Below the pieces are notes generated by a model. It saw only the letters and a list, made by a program, of their open reading frames with translations. It had not been told where the DNA came from and ran no database searches. The position numbers and the translations under genes are program-made. Of a DNA stretch of 64,000 bases, positions 40,139 through 49,436 are shown piece after piece (position 1 is the first letter of the stretch; each line of letters begins with the position of its first letter). The stretch is from an uncultured delta proteobacterium (GTDB lineage Bacteria; Desulfobacterota; WTBG01): positions 1-64,000 of the forward strand of contig CAWCBP010000004.1 in assembly GCA_963793865.1 (NCBI GenBank), in the 5' to 3' direction.

Positions 40139-40793
40139 AACCCACTCCCTTGATGGTATGGATCAGTTTCGTCGGGGAGTTGCTGTCGATTTTTCCGCGG
40201 AGGTGATTGATATGCACATCAATCACATTGCTGGAGGGATCAAAGTTGTAGCCCCACACCTGCTCCAGAATCATGGTCCGGGTTAAAATCTGCCCTGCGT
40301 TTCTCATCAGGTACTCGAGCAGCAGGAATTCCTTCCCCGACAGCTCGATATCATTCTCCTGTCTGCGCACGGTCCTGTTAATCATATCCAGCTTCAGGTC
40401 CCCGATGGCCAGCCGGGTCATGTCCGCATCTTTCTGGCCCCGCCTGAGCACCGCAGAGATTCTCGCCTGCAGTTCGGCAAAGGAGAAGGGTTTGACCAGA
40501 TAATCATCCGCTCCCAGCTCCAGGCCCTGAACGATATCTTCCTGTTCCCCCTTTGCGGTCAGGCAGATGACCGGCGTTCCCACTTTCCTGTCCCGCATGG
40601 CCTTCAGAATTTCATATCCATTCAGCCCGGGGAGAAGGATGTCGAGGACGACCAGATCGTAGGACTGGTTGAGCATGAGCTGCAGCCCCTCCTCCCCGTC
40701 ATGGGAAACATCAACCACGTATCCCTTTTCCTTGAGCCCCTTGGCGATAAAACGGGATATGCTCCGATCGTCTTCAACCAGGAGAATTTTCAT
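40119..40793 (-). CDS. OmpR-family response regulator, copy B
   Basis: Protein identical to copy A except one K/Q change and the C-terminus (KYP vs KAS); ATG at 40793. Confidence 0.95.
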   Translation of the reverse strand: MKILLVEDDRSISRFIAKGLKEKGYVVDVSHDGEEGLQLMLNQSYDLVVLDILLPGLNGYEILKAMRDRKVGTPVICLTAKGEQEDIVQGLELGADDYLVKPFSFAELQARISAVLRRGQKDADMTRLAIGDLKLDMINRTVRRQENDIELSGKEFLLLEYLMRNAGQILTRTMILEQVWGYNFDPSSNVIDVHINHLRGKIDSNSPTKLIHTIKGVGYVLKYP

Positions 40794-40808
40794 CCGCCGG
40801 CCTCCCGC
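40129..40808. repeat. 680-bp direct repeat, copy B
   Basis: Matches 29723-30402. Confidence 0.95.
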
Positions 40809-40900
40809 AGTAGTCGTGAAATTATTCCGCACCCTCCCGGTGAAAAAGGAATGGGGCAGATGAAACGTTTGGCCACATCTGCTCAGACCCGGTCTGCAGA

Positions 40901-41797
40901 TCAGTCGTCCTTCCGCCGCCAGCGGTTATTAATCCAGGACCACTGCTCCGGATACGCCCTGATGTAACGTTCAATCGCACGTGTGTAAGCAGCGGTCATG
41001 GTCCGTTCATCCTCTTTGCGGTCGCCCGTCATATGGTGTTCGAGAGGTGGTTCAATGTAAATGGTATGGGTACCATCCCTATTGCGGACTATGAAAACAG
41101 GCACCACAGGGGATCCTGTTCTCCGTGAGATAACCGAAGGTCCAAGTGCGGTTGCGGCGGGGTGACCGAAAAAATCAATCTCAACTCCTGAACGCCTCTT
41201 GTTTTCATCTGCCAGCAGGCATACGATTTCATTGCGCCTGAGCGATGCAAGAATATTCCGGAGCGCGTCTTTCCAGGGCCGCATATAAATGAATCGACCG
41301 CCCTGCCTATCCTGGAGCATACGCAACACCCTTGCCACCGCTTCGTATTTTGACTCTTTTACCAGCATGATAAAGGGATAACCCTCCTCAACCATTTTCA
41401 CGCTGATTAAGGTAAAATTTCCTATATGCGCGCTGACGGCAACTACACCTTTTCCCAGCGCAAGGGCCTTTTCCAGGTGTTCCTTCCCATGGATCCGTAT
41501 TCTGTTTAAAAGATCTTGGCGCCTGGGGGTGGCCGAAAAAAACATCTCGGCAACACTTATCCCCAAATGATTTTCCAGTTCCTTAGTAAAGGCCTTTACT
41601 TTTTCAGGCTGATATGACGGTCCGAAAGCAATCTGTAAGTTTTTAGCAATTCTTCGCCTGTAACGGCGAGAGGATGCCATGTACAGCGCTGCACCCTTTC
41701 TCGAGCAGTAGACAAAAGCGCGCTCCGGCAAAAGGCAGTTCGAGAGAAAAGCCAGGCGTGTTAATAAGCCCAACACATAATAAGCAAACTCCTTCAT
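40901..41797 (-). CDS. Lipid A late acyltransferase family (LpxL/HtrB), copy B
   Basis: Collinear diverged paralogue of 32756-33712: GVVAVSAHIGNF, IERYIRAYPEQWSWINNRW. Confidence 0.9.
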   Translation of the reverse strand: MKEFAYYVLGLLTRLAFLSNCLLPERAFVYCSRKGAALYMASSRRYRRRIAKNLQIAFGPSYQPEKVKAFTKELENHLGISVAEMFFSATPRRQDLLNRIRIHGKEHLEKALALGKGVVAVSAHIGNFTLISVKMVEEGYPFIMLVKESKYEAVARVLRMLQDRQGGRFIYMRPWKDALRNILASLRRNEIVCLLADENKRRSGVEIDFFGHPAATALGPSVISRRTGSPVVPVFIVRNRDGTHTIYIEPPLEHHMTGDRKEDERTMTAAYTRAIERYIRAYPEQWSWINNRWRRKDD

Positions 41798-41948
41798 CCT
41801 GTATGCCTGCTCCTTTCTTTGCCGTTAGTTCTGGCGACCGGCTTTTTCCATGATCTCAGATCATTTGTTTTCAAATGACATTCAGAGCAAAGACGGGTTA
41901 GCCAACAATATCCCCTCTCTCCCGGCTGAACATCTTTTCAATAATTTT

Positions 41949-43619
41949 TCATGACTGCCCATGCCCTTCAGGCGGATGGTTGGATATCAACACAATCTCA
42001 TGTCTGCCGATTAGTGCTGCATCACAGGCAGTAAGAGAGACAGGTGCAATGGGCAAGAGCTGACTGAAATACTGTTTCTGCATCAGGCAAAAAATACGCG
42101 TGTTCGATTGAGTGAAGCAGGTGATGAGTTCATCGGGAGTGTCAAATTGTTTGATCTCCCGTATCCCCGTGTAAAAATCAAAAGCAGGGATTTCTGAGTG
42201 CAGGCGATATGAAACCAGGGTGTCCCCCGTCTTCATGAGACTTTTAATCTTCAAGGAAAATGGTTTCGCAGATTGGAATCGATTCATCGAGGGCAGGATC
42301 AATCCTGCGGCGGAAAAAAAGCAGCCAGCCATGATAATGATAATGAGGGTAAAGGTTGCGGCACCCTTTTTCCTAAGCAGGCAATACAGGGTAACTGTGC
42401 TCGCAAAGCCCAGGATGATGAGCAGGGGATAAAACTGTAAAGCCTGACGGTATTCATCACTGAGACTTTGCCCAATAAAGGGAAGAGCAATGCAAGCCGC
42501 CAGGAGACTGCCGACCAGGAGATAAGCAGGAATGGTTATCAACCTTCTGTTGAGTAGAGGATCATTGGCAAAAAATCTATTGAATAAAAACCCCATCATG
42601 AGCGCCCCGGCGGGAAAAAGCGGAAGCAGATAAAGCCCTCGTTTCCCGGAGCAAAGGGTAAAAAAAACGAATATAGTTATGAACCAGATTAACGGAAAGA
42701 GGAGGTCTTCTTTGATCTCTTTTCTTCTGGTACATAAATGAATAAAGGCGCTGGGAAGGAAAAAAATCCATGGGAAGAGCAGAAAGGGGAGATTTGTAAA
42801 ATAATAATAGAGCGGTTGCTTATGACTCCAGGAGTCATGCACTCTGCCAACAGTTTGTTTGAAAAGGATATTATCCCTGTAGGCTTCACCGCCCTGCATG
42901 CAGGCCGGGATAACCCAGGCAAGCACAACAGCGAAAAAAAGAAAAACCCCGGGATGAAAAAGGACCCTTTTTAACGAGCGCAGATCGTTTTGGGAAAACA
43001 GGTAGACAACAGCCGTCAATGCCGGCAGGAGAAAACCAACCGGTCCTTTGGTAAGGGTTGCAGCACCCATGAAGAAATAGAAAAGATATATGGAAGAGGA
43101 CCAGCCTTTTGATGTGTTTATCCGGTATCCCTTATAAAAGAAATAAAGGGCAGACAAAATAAACAGGGTTAAGGTCATATCAATGTTGGCCCGGCGGCCA
43201 AGCCAGAAATATTCCACCGTGGTAGAGAGTATCAGTGCGGAGATAAAACCAGCCCTGGAACCGTATAGTTTGGAGCCCAGCACATAGGTGAGCATAATCC
43301 CGGCAATTGCAGCCAGCGCCGAGGGAAGACGGGCTGCAAGTGAGTTCGTGCCGGCAACCTTGTAAGCACAGGCAATGAGCCAAAAAAATACCGGCGGCTT
43401 ATCAGGATAAACCTGCTGGTTGAGGTGAGGCAGGATCCAATTGCCACCCTCTGCCATCTCCTTTGCCACCAGGGCATAGCGCGGTTCATCCGGATTCCAG
43501 AGGTCCCAGCCGCCCACATTGTAAAAGAACAGCACGCAGGCAAGCAGGGACAGAATAAAGAGGTGAAATGCCGGCCTGGTAAAGAAAGCAGGTTTATTGT
43601 GTAAGGCTTCAGGACACAA
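41949..43619 (-). CDS. ArnT-family GT-C glycosyltransferase, copy B (start uncertain)
   Basis: GWDLWNPDEPRYA, YPDKPP, TLTKGPVG; paralogue of 36401-38062. Confidence 0.92.
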   Translation of the reverse strand: MCPEALHNKPAFFTRPAFHLFILSLLACVLFFYNVGGWDLWNPDEPRYALVAKEMAEGGNWILPHLNQQVYPDKPPVFFWLIACAYKVAGTNSLAARLPSALAAIAGIMLTYVLGSKLYGSRAGFISALILSTTVEYFWLGRRANIDMTLTLFILSALYFFYKGYRINTSKGWSSSIYLFYFFMGAATLTKGPVGFLLPALTAVVYLFSQNDLRSLKRVLFHPGVFLFFAVVLAWVIPACMQGGEAYRDNILFKQTVGRVHDSWSHKQPLYYYFTNLPFLLFPWIFFLPSAFIHLCTRRKEIKEDLLFPLIWFITIFVFFTLCSGKRGLYLLPLFPAGALMMGFLFNRFFANDPLLNRRLITIPAYLLVGSLLAACIALPFIGQSLSDEYRQALQFYPLLIILGFASTVTLYCLLRKKGAATFTLIIIIMAGCFFSAAGLILPSMNRFQSAKPFSLKIKSLMKTGDTLVSYRLHSEIPAFDFYTGIREIKQFDTPDELITCFTQSNTRIFCLMQKQYFSQLLPIAPVSLTACDAALIGRHEIVLISNHPPEGHGQS

Positions 43620-43685
43620 GGTGGTACTATCCTTGATAGATTCTACCGAGATATAATCCGGATTTTTCAGATATACACCTGACCG

Positions 43686-43735
43686 GTAGGAGCGGCTTTA
43701 AGCTGCGAGTGCATCGTGCATGAACGCACTTCTAC
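43686..43735. repeat. GTAGGAGC-family REP doublet, degenerate
   Basis: GTAGGAGCGGCTTTAAGCTGCGA...CTTCTAC at the same position relative to LAB_N as the 38850 copy. Confidence 0.8.
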
Positions 43736-44019
43736 AGATTAACAGCTGCATTAGCCGGGGTTAATTTTCTTCTGCTTTTATAGATGAGCATAAGATTTCT
43801 TACGTAGACAATCAGCCCGCAGCTCTGCCCCAGGGTAAATACCGGATCAGCAATATGCACGGCATAAACGAATAGTATTACGCCGCCCAATAAACTCCAG
43901 TACCAGAAAAAAACAGGGAAACAGCTCTCACCTTTTTTTTCTGATGCGATCCACTGGATGAGAAAGCGCATAAAAAAAGCTGCCTGCCCGATGAAACCGG
44001 TTATAAACCACCAATGCAT
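43732..44019 (-). CDS. LAB_N domain small membrane protein, copy B
   Basis: GFIGQAAFFMRFLIQWIASEKKGES, DPVFTLGQ, VYVRNL. Confidence 0.9.
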   Translation of the reverse strand: MHWWFITGFIGQAAFFMRFLIQWIASEKKGESCFPVFFWYWSLLGGVILFVYAVHIADPVFTLGQSCGLIVYVRNLMLIYKSRRKLTPANAAVNL

Positions 44020-44078
44020 GTGCCATTCTCCTCTATCCGTTGAACCTGATATTTCATCCAGCGCATGGTCAGGAGTTT
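44020..44078 (-). pseudogene. 3' relic of an ArnC-like gene
   Basis: LLTMRWMK...IEE versus LLAVRWMK...IEE at the end of 39179-39988, directly before LAB_N. Confidence 0.6.
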
Positions 44079-44162
44079 AAAAAAAATCTAACCATGCTGT
44101 TGGGTAGAAACGGTTAAGTGCTCGGGGCGGGTATGGAACAGGTATGAGGATGCAACAATAAA

Positions 44163-44200
44163 ATGAAATAACGATTAAAAATGGATTAAAAAATTTTAAT
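44163..44200 (-). promoter_or_regulatory. PmrA-box-like direct repeats upstream of module B
   Basis: ATGAAA 44163, ATTAAA 44174, ATTAAA 44185 (11-bp period). Confidence 0.55.
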
Positions 44201-44273
44201 CGAGGAGCAATCCTGAAAGTCAATCATTCCAAAAGCCAGTTTGATTCTTAGACATGAGGACAGCAAAGACAAA

Positions 44274-44510
44274 TCAGGTCTGCGATGGGAGGTGATTACT
44301 TACCACCACTATATCCTTTGATTGAAAAAGAACATAAACGGGTAAGTCTGTGAGAGACATCTTTATTGCATTGTGGCAGGCAGGGCGCATAACTATATAA
44401 ATTGGACCGGGCATGGCCATCAGCCTCACTGCTTCCCCGGCAGTAATGTGTGGCCGCAACGTGTTACGATAGAATTGTAATGTATAGTCTGTGCCAACGT
44501 ATCCAGGACT
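44274..44510 (-). pseudogene. Possible C-terminal relic of another ArnT-like gene
   Basis: ...TLQFYRNT...IVVVSNHLP* resembles the ends of copies A and B (IIASNHE, VLISNHP); no start context. Confidence 0.35.
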
Positions 44511-44650
44511 ATCTCATCAAAACACCACTCAGTGGTGGGCGATACACAGGTCCTTGAGGTCATTCAAAACAAGTTCGCCATAGTCGGGATTATTCTCATG
44601 ACAGGATCTGTATAGGATGCGCCTTTTTCTATCTTTTCACATTACTTCTT

Positions 44651-44694
44651 TTTAATGCATTTTTAACATTAGCTTAATATTTGTTCTTTATAAT
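44651..44694 (+). promoter_or_regulatory. PmrA-box-like direct repeats plus perfect -10 upstream of the third ArnT
   Basis: TTTAAT 44651, TTTAAC 44662, CTTAAT 44673 (11-bp period); TATAAT at 44689-44694. Confidence 0.65.
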
Positions 44695-44855
44695 CCATTC
44701 TGTCTATAAAAAGGATTCCTTCTAAAATGCATTATGAAAGAATGACCGTATCGAAAGGTAATAGAGAACCAAATTTTTATTCACGTTTCCTGCTATTCGA
44801 GGAGTTTTTTCTCCAAAATGAGTGAAGTTCACTTCTGGTTAACCTATATACGATT

Positions 44856-46502
44856 ATGAGAAAGTCTTGCATTGCAGCAATAAGTCTTTTCCTGTTGGTC
44901 TATATTGTGCCCCTCGGAGTGCGCCCACTGTTTTATCAGGATGAGACAAGGTATGCTGAGATTCCACGCGAAATGCTTGCTTCGGGAGATTGGCTTGTGC
45001 CCCGTATTGATGGGCTTCGTTATTTCGCAAAACCTGTTCTCGGCTACTGGCTTAACGCGCTATCCATGACACTATTTGGTTCCAACAGTTTTGCCCTGCG
45101 TTTCCCATCGGCTATGGGAGTGGGCATATCAGCCATGATTATTTTTCTGCTGGCTCAAAGATTTGCGGGTGGTTATGTAACCGGCATTGTCGCTGCCGCC
45201 GCATTACTGACCTGTCCGGAAGTGTTTGTTGTCGGGACAACCAATATTCTCGATAGTGTGTTTTCCATGCTGGTAACTCTTGCCATGGGTTCATTCTTTT
45301 TCGCCTATAGGGAAAATATATCGTGGATACGGATGTGCCTTCTCGTATCTTGCGGTATCTTTATTGGTCTGGCATGTCTCACCAAGGGATTCATCGCCTT
45401 CGTGATACCATTCATAGCGATTGCCCCCTTTATGATCTGGGAGGGTGAATGGAAAAAACTGTTCAGTTTTTCCTGGGTGCCGTTCATTACTGCGGTTCTT
45501 GTTTCTCTGCCCTGGTTCGTAATGATCTGCCTCCGGGAGTATGATTTCTGGAATTATTTTTTCTGGGTTGAACATGTCAGCCGATTTATCTCCCCCACAG
45601 ATAATCCACATCCAAGGCCATTCTGGTTCTTTTTTCCTCTTATAGCGGGTGGGGCACTGCCCTGGTCGGTTCTCGTTCCTGCTCTCCTACCCCGCGTGAG
45701 CCGTCTCATCCGTAAGGATTCGTTTATACGATTTGCCCTCTGCTGGTTCCTCTTTCCTTTCCTGTTCTTCTCAGCTTCACACTGCAAGCTTGCCACCTAT
45801 ATACTGCCCTGCTATCCGCCGCTTGTCATACTTATAACCGTCAGTCTTATGAATTACTTTCAAACGAATCAGCACAAAGTATTCAACACAGTTGCCCTTT
45901 GTTTTTCAGCCCTTATCGGAACCACTACGGCCGTATTGATAGTGAACCAGCTGACCGGATGGCCTGGTTTGAGCCGTTATGGCCCGGAGGAGACTTGGAA
46001 GTGGACTCTTACAGCATGCTGTCTTATGGTGTGGAGTCTGCTTTTGCTCCTCGTCACAAAGATGCCGGACTACCGGAGAAAAATTATTTTATTCTGTGTT
46101 GCTCCTCTTGTCTGCATGTTCAGCTCACATTTTATTCTGCCTGATGAATTAATAATAATGAAAGCGCCCGGTGCGTTTCTCCTGCGTCATTCCGAAAAAG
46201 TTACTCCGGAAACCATCCTTGTTGCAGACAAACGCCTCGTGAGTTCTGTCTGCTGGTTTTACAAGAGAAACGATGTTTTGCTGATCGATAAAGGAGGAGA
46301 GGTTGAATATGGGCTGGGTTTTGAAGATGCACAAGACCGTCAGCTGACCATTGATAGTTTCAGAGAGCTGTACGATAAAGAAGCGGGCAAGAAGAGAATA
46401 GTATTGATTATCAGCAAGAAACTTTATACAAAGCATGAGCTCCTATTTCCTCAAGCAGCATTCAAGGACGTAAGCGCTACCATGGCGTTCTTACAATTTT
46501 AA
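44856..46502 (+). CDS. ArnT-family GT-C glycosyltransferase, copy C (most like canonical ArnT)
   Basis: DETRYAEIPREMLASGDWLVP..GLRYFAKP, LTKGF, FFWVEH, PFWFF, KLATYILP. Confidence 0.92.
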   Translation: MRKSCIAAISLFLLVYIVPLGVRPLFYQDETRYAEIPREMLASGDWLVPRIDGLRYFAKPVLGYWLNALSMTLFGSNSFALRFPSAMGVGISAMIIFLLAQRFAGGYVTGIVAAAALLTCPEVFVVGTTNILDSVFSMLVTLAMGSFFFAYRENISWIRMCLLVSCGIFIGLACLTKGFIAFVIPFIAIAPFMIWEGEWKKLFSFSWVPFITAVLVSLPWFVMICLREYDFWNYFFWVEHVSRFISPTDNPHPRPFWFFFPLIAGGALPWSVLVPALLPRVSRLIRKDSFIRFALCWFLFPFLFFSASHCKLATYILPCYPPLVILITVSLMNYFQTNQHKVFNTVALCFSALIGTTTAVLIVNQLTGWPGLSRYGPEETWKWTLTACCLMVWSLLLLLVTKMPDYRRKIILFCVAPLVCMFSSHFILPDELIIMKAPGAFLLRHSEKVTPETILVADKRLVSSVCWFYKRNDVLLIDKGGEVEYGLGFEDAQDRQLTIDSFRELYDKEAGKKRIVLIISKKLYTKHELLFPQAAFKDVSATMAFLQF

Positions 46503-46704
46503 AAGCAGATTAGCTCTTAATTTATAAGTTTGATGGGTTTCCTGTCATCCGGATAGTTACTATGGCAATGCGGTTGTTCGGAACCCGCAGCAGATTTTGA
46601 TTGCAATGAAACGGAATATTGTTTAAACAGTAATCATAATCGCACTTTATCCTGGTGGCGAATCCTGAACGCAAAGAATCAAACCCTGTGGGAGGTATGA
46701 GGAG

Positions 46705-47097
46705 ATGATGTGCATGCGGCGTTTCCCTTTATTATGTGCAGTATCCTGCGTGTTCCTGGTGGTTTTACTCTCTGCTGCCTTGCTGGCTTCATGCAAAAAA
46801 AAGCCATTTGAGCTTAAAAACCCGGCGCTGGTTGGCAAATGGAAGGGAACCGGCCAAACAGTCGAGTTGTTCAGGGACGGAAAAATCACTCTGGTAGCTG
46901 ATGGGAAGTCAAAGCAATCAGCGGGGAGCTACGAGTTTATTGATGAGGATACTATACGTGTAAGACTTAAAGGCTCACGGCCCCGGGATTACAGCATTTA
47001 CCTCACAGGGGACGTTTTAAAAATAACCCGCACCGATGGAACACTAGTCGGGGAGTTTAAGAGGGTTAACCAGCCTCAAACACAGGGGGAGGGTTAA
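46705..47097 (+). CDS. Putative lipoprotein
   Basis: Signal peptide with LLASC lipobox; LVGKW beta-rich domain; GAGGAG RBS. Confidence 0.7.
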   Translation: MMCMRRFPLLCAVSCVFLVVLLSAALLASCKKKPFELKNPALVGKWKGTGQTVELFRDGKITLVADGKSKQSAGSYEFIDEDTIRVRLKGSRPRDYSIYLTGDVLKITRTDGTLVGEFKRVNQPQTQGEG

Positions 47098-47563
47098 AGA
47101 GCACACATGAAGAAATGTCGTTTTGAAAGGATTTCATGATGTGACTGCATTGCCGAGCTTTGTGGGCATCAAAATCATCATCCTCCCCGTTAACAATAAA
47201 TGTTGTTTCTCGCCACTCCTTTTGCCTCTTTTCATGCCAGTGTCCGGAAAAAACATAATCGACACTATCATCTTCTAATATTCTGGCCAACCGTGTATCA
47301 ATCTGATCAATAAAGCGCCCTTCAGCGCCATCACCGGATATCGGCAGTTGATGCATGAACAGTAAAACGTGAAGGATGCCGGCACTGCGTGACTCCAGCA
47401 CATCCCGCAGCCATTCTGATTTTTCATCATCCCACCCGACTCCGGCAATATCTATCACGATAAACAACGCGTTCCCGTATTCAAACCGGAAGTTTCTTGA
47501 ACCAATACAGGCATCAAACAAGTTGCCGTGATCATTTTTTACATCATGATTGCCGGGAACCAC
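47066..47563 (-). pseudogene. N-terminally truncated calcineurin-like metallophosphoesterase
   Basis: PGNHD, LFMH, FSGHWH present; the upstream DxH and GD motifs and an ATG start are absent. Confidence 0.65.
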
Positions 47564-47873
47564 AACAGGGTTAACTACAAATTAAGATTCCGTTAAAATT
47601 AGTTCATTTTGAAAACCCGGGGACAGCAATGTCAGGTGTGATAATGATCCCGGTAAAAACACTTTTTAAGACAGGTGCAACTTTATCTTGAATTTAACCG
47701 GCACTTCTGTAAAATTGCCAAGCATATGTATTGGAAAAGGCACAATGCTGCGCGGAGCATGCCCTGGGCTTAATGATCGGTTTCTTCGCTGCGTTTAGAA
47801 TGAGAATCAAAATGAGGGAATGCATGACAAACCCTAACAGAAAAAAGGACAAGAAACTCACCAATGGTGCGCG

Positions 47874-49430
47874 ATGAAAAGCGCGGGCGGGTATTCTGCT
47901 ACGAAGCTATTCTGCATCTCCCTGCTGGGGGCGGTTATCCTGCGGGGTGTATTTAACAGCATCATGCCTCTATCCGGAGAAGAGGCTTACTACTGGATGT
48001 GGTCACGCCATCCTGATCTCTGCTACTTTGACCACCCGCCGCTCATAGCATGGGTGATCGGAATCGTTACCGGCGGATTCGGACATTCGGTATTCGCGGT
48101 GAGACTTTCTGCGCTGCTAAGCAATACCCTCACCGCCCTCATTATATTTTTGTGTACCTTGCGCATCACCAAAGACCGCGTGGTTGCCGCCTGGGCGGGC
48201 GGGTTTTTCCTGGTTGCGATTTTTTTCGCGGCCATGGCCACCCTTGCCATACCGGACACCTACTTATTCTTCTTGTGGTCCCTCACCCTCTGGCTCACCA
48301 TAGAAGCCGCTCGGGAGGGCAGGTCTTTCCTCTGGGTTGCCGTGGGAGCGGCGATGGGGCTGTGCATGCTGGCCAAATTTCACGCTGTCCTGCTAGCCCT
48401 CTCCATCCTTTCATACCTGCTCGTTTCAGGACGTCAGCGAAAACAGTTCCGGAGCGGCTGGCTGTATCTCGGAGCAAGTATTGCCGCGTTATTCACCCTG
48501 CCGATTTTAATGTGGAATATCAGGGAGGGCTGGCCGACATTCACCTTCCAGCTATCGAGCAGGCAACATTACATTCTGGGAAACCCGGTATATCTCCTTG
48601 AAATGCTCACCTACCCTTTTGCCCTCACAGGAATGATCATTTTCCCCCTATCGGTTGCCGGTGCGATATGGGGTCTGCGCAAAGGCTTTCGGGAACAAAA
48701 GGATGATTTGCTGTTCCTCTCCATCTCATTCATCCTGCCGTATGCTTTCTTCCTGCTGCTCAGCATATTTATAAAAATTGATTCCCAGTGGTCAGCCCCG
48801 GCATTTGTTTCCGGCATTGTCCTGGCGGCAATGCTCGGCGTGGCGCTGATGCGAAACTCCGCGCGGCCGCGATGGCAGCGGCGGATGCTCCCCCTGGCGC
48901 TCAAAGTCAATATCGCGGTGCTGGCTATCGCCTATGTTGTTCCACTGTTACTCATGCTCTTTCCGGATCTCGTTCCCCGGAACATGATCCTGGTCAAGCA
49001 CCGGCACCGGAAATTCAACACCTCTAAAATCGGGGAACTATACGGCTGGCAGGAGATCGGACAACGCCTCAAGGATGAAATTGCCCTGCTGGGCGGCCCG
49101 CATCATGCCTTTATCTTTGCCCGCATCGGCTGGTGCACCGCCTCGAACTTCTGTTTTTATTCCGGCGGGGAGGCGGAAGTGTTCATCTTTGACCGCCCTC
49201 CCGCCGACGGGCATCAATTTTTCATCTGGGAGAGAAGATCCGACCCGCAGGGGAAGAATGCGGTGGTGATCGCCGAAAAAGAGAAATATATTAATCTCGA
49301 TTTTCTGCAGCTGTATTTCGAGCGGGTGGAACGTTTGCCGGACCTGGTCATAACGCGGAGCGGACTCGAGCAGCGGCGCCTTTTCATGGCGCGGGCCTGG
49401 AACCTGCGCGCAAAACCCAACCAGCTTTGA
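47874..49430 (+). CDS. GT-C (GT39/GT83-like) membrane glycosyltransferase
   Basis: EEAYYWMWSRH..YFDHPP, AVRL, IPD, LAKF; multi-TM. Confidence 0.88.
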   Translation: MKSAGGYSATKLFCISLLGAVILRGVFNSIMPLSGEEAYYWMWSRHPDLCYFDHPPLIAWVIGIVTGGFGHSVFAVRLSALLSNTLTALIIFLCTLRITKDRVVAAWAGGFFLVAIFFAAMATLAIPDTYLFFLWSLTLWLTIEAAREGRSFLWVAVGAAMGLCMLAKFHAVLLALSILSYLLVSGRQRKQFRSGWLYLGASIAALFTLPILMWNIREGWPTFTFQLSSRQHYILGNPVYLLEMLTYPFALTGMIIFPLSVAGAIWGLRKGFREQKDDLLFLSISFILPYAFFLLLSIFIKIDSQWSAPAFVSGIVLAAMLGVALMRNSARPRWQRRMLPLALKVNIAVLAIAYVVPLLLMLFPDLVPRNMILVKHRHRKFNTSKIGELYGWQEIGQRLKDEIALLGGPHHAFIFARIGWCTASNFCFYSGGEAEVFIFDRPPADGHQFFIWERRSDPQGKNAVVIAEKEKYINLDFLQLYFERVERLPDLVITRSGLEQRRLFMARAWNLRAKPNQL

Positions 49431-49436
49431 TAGATT

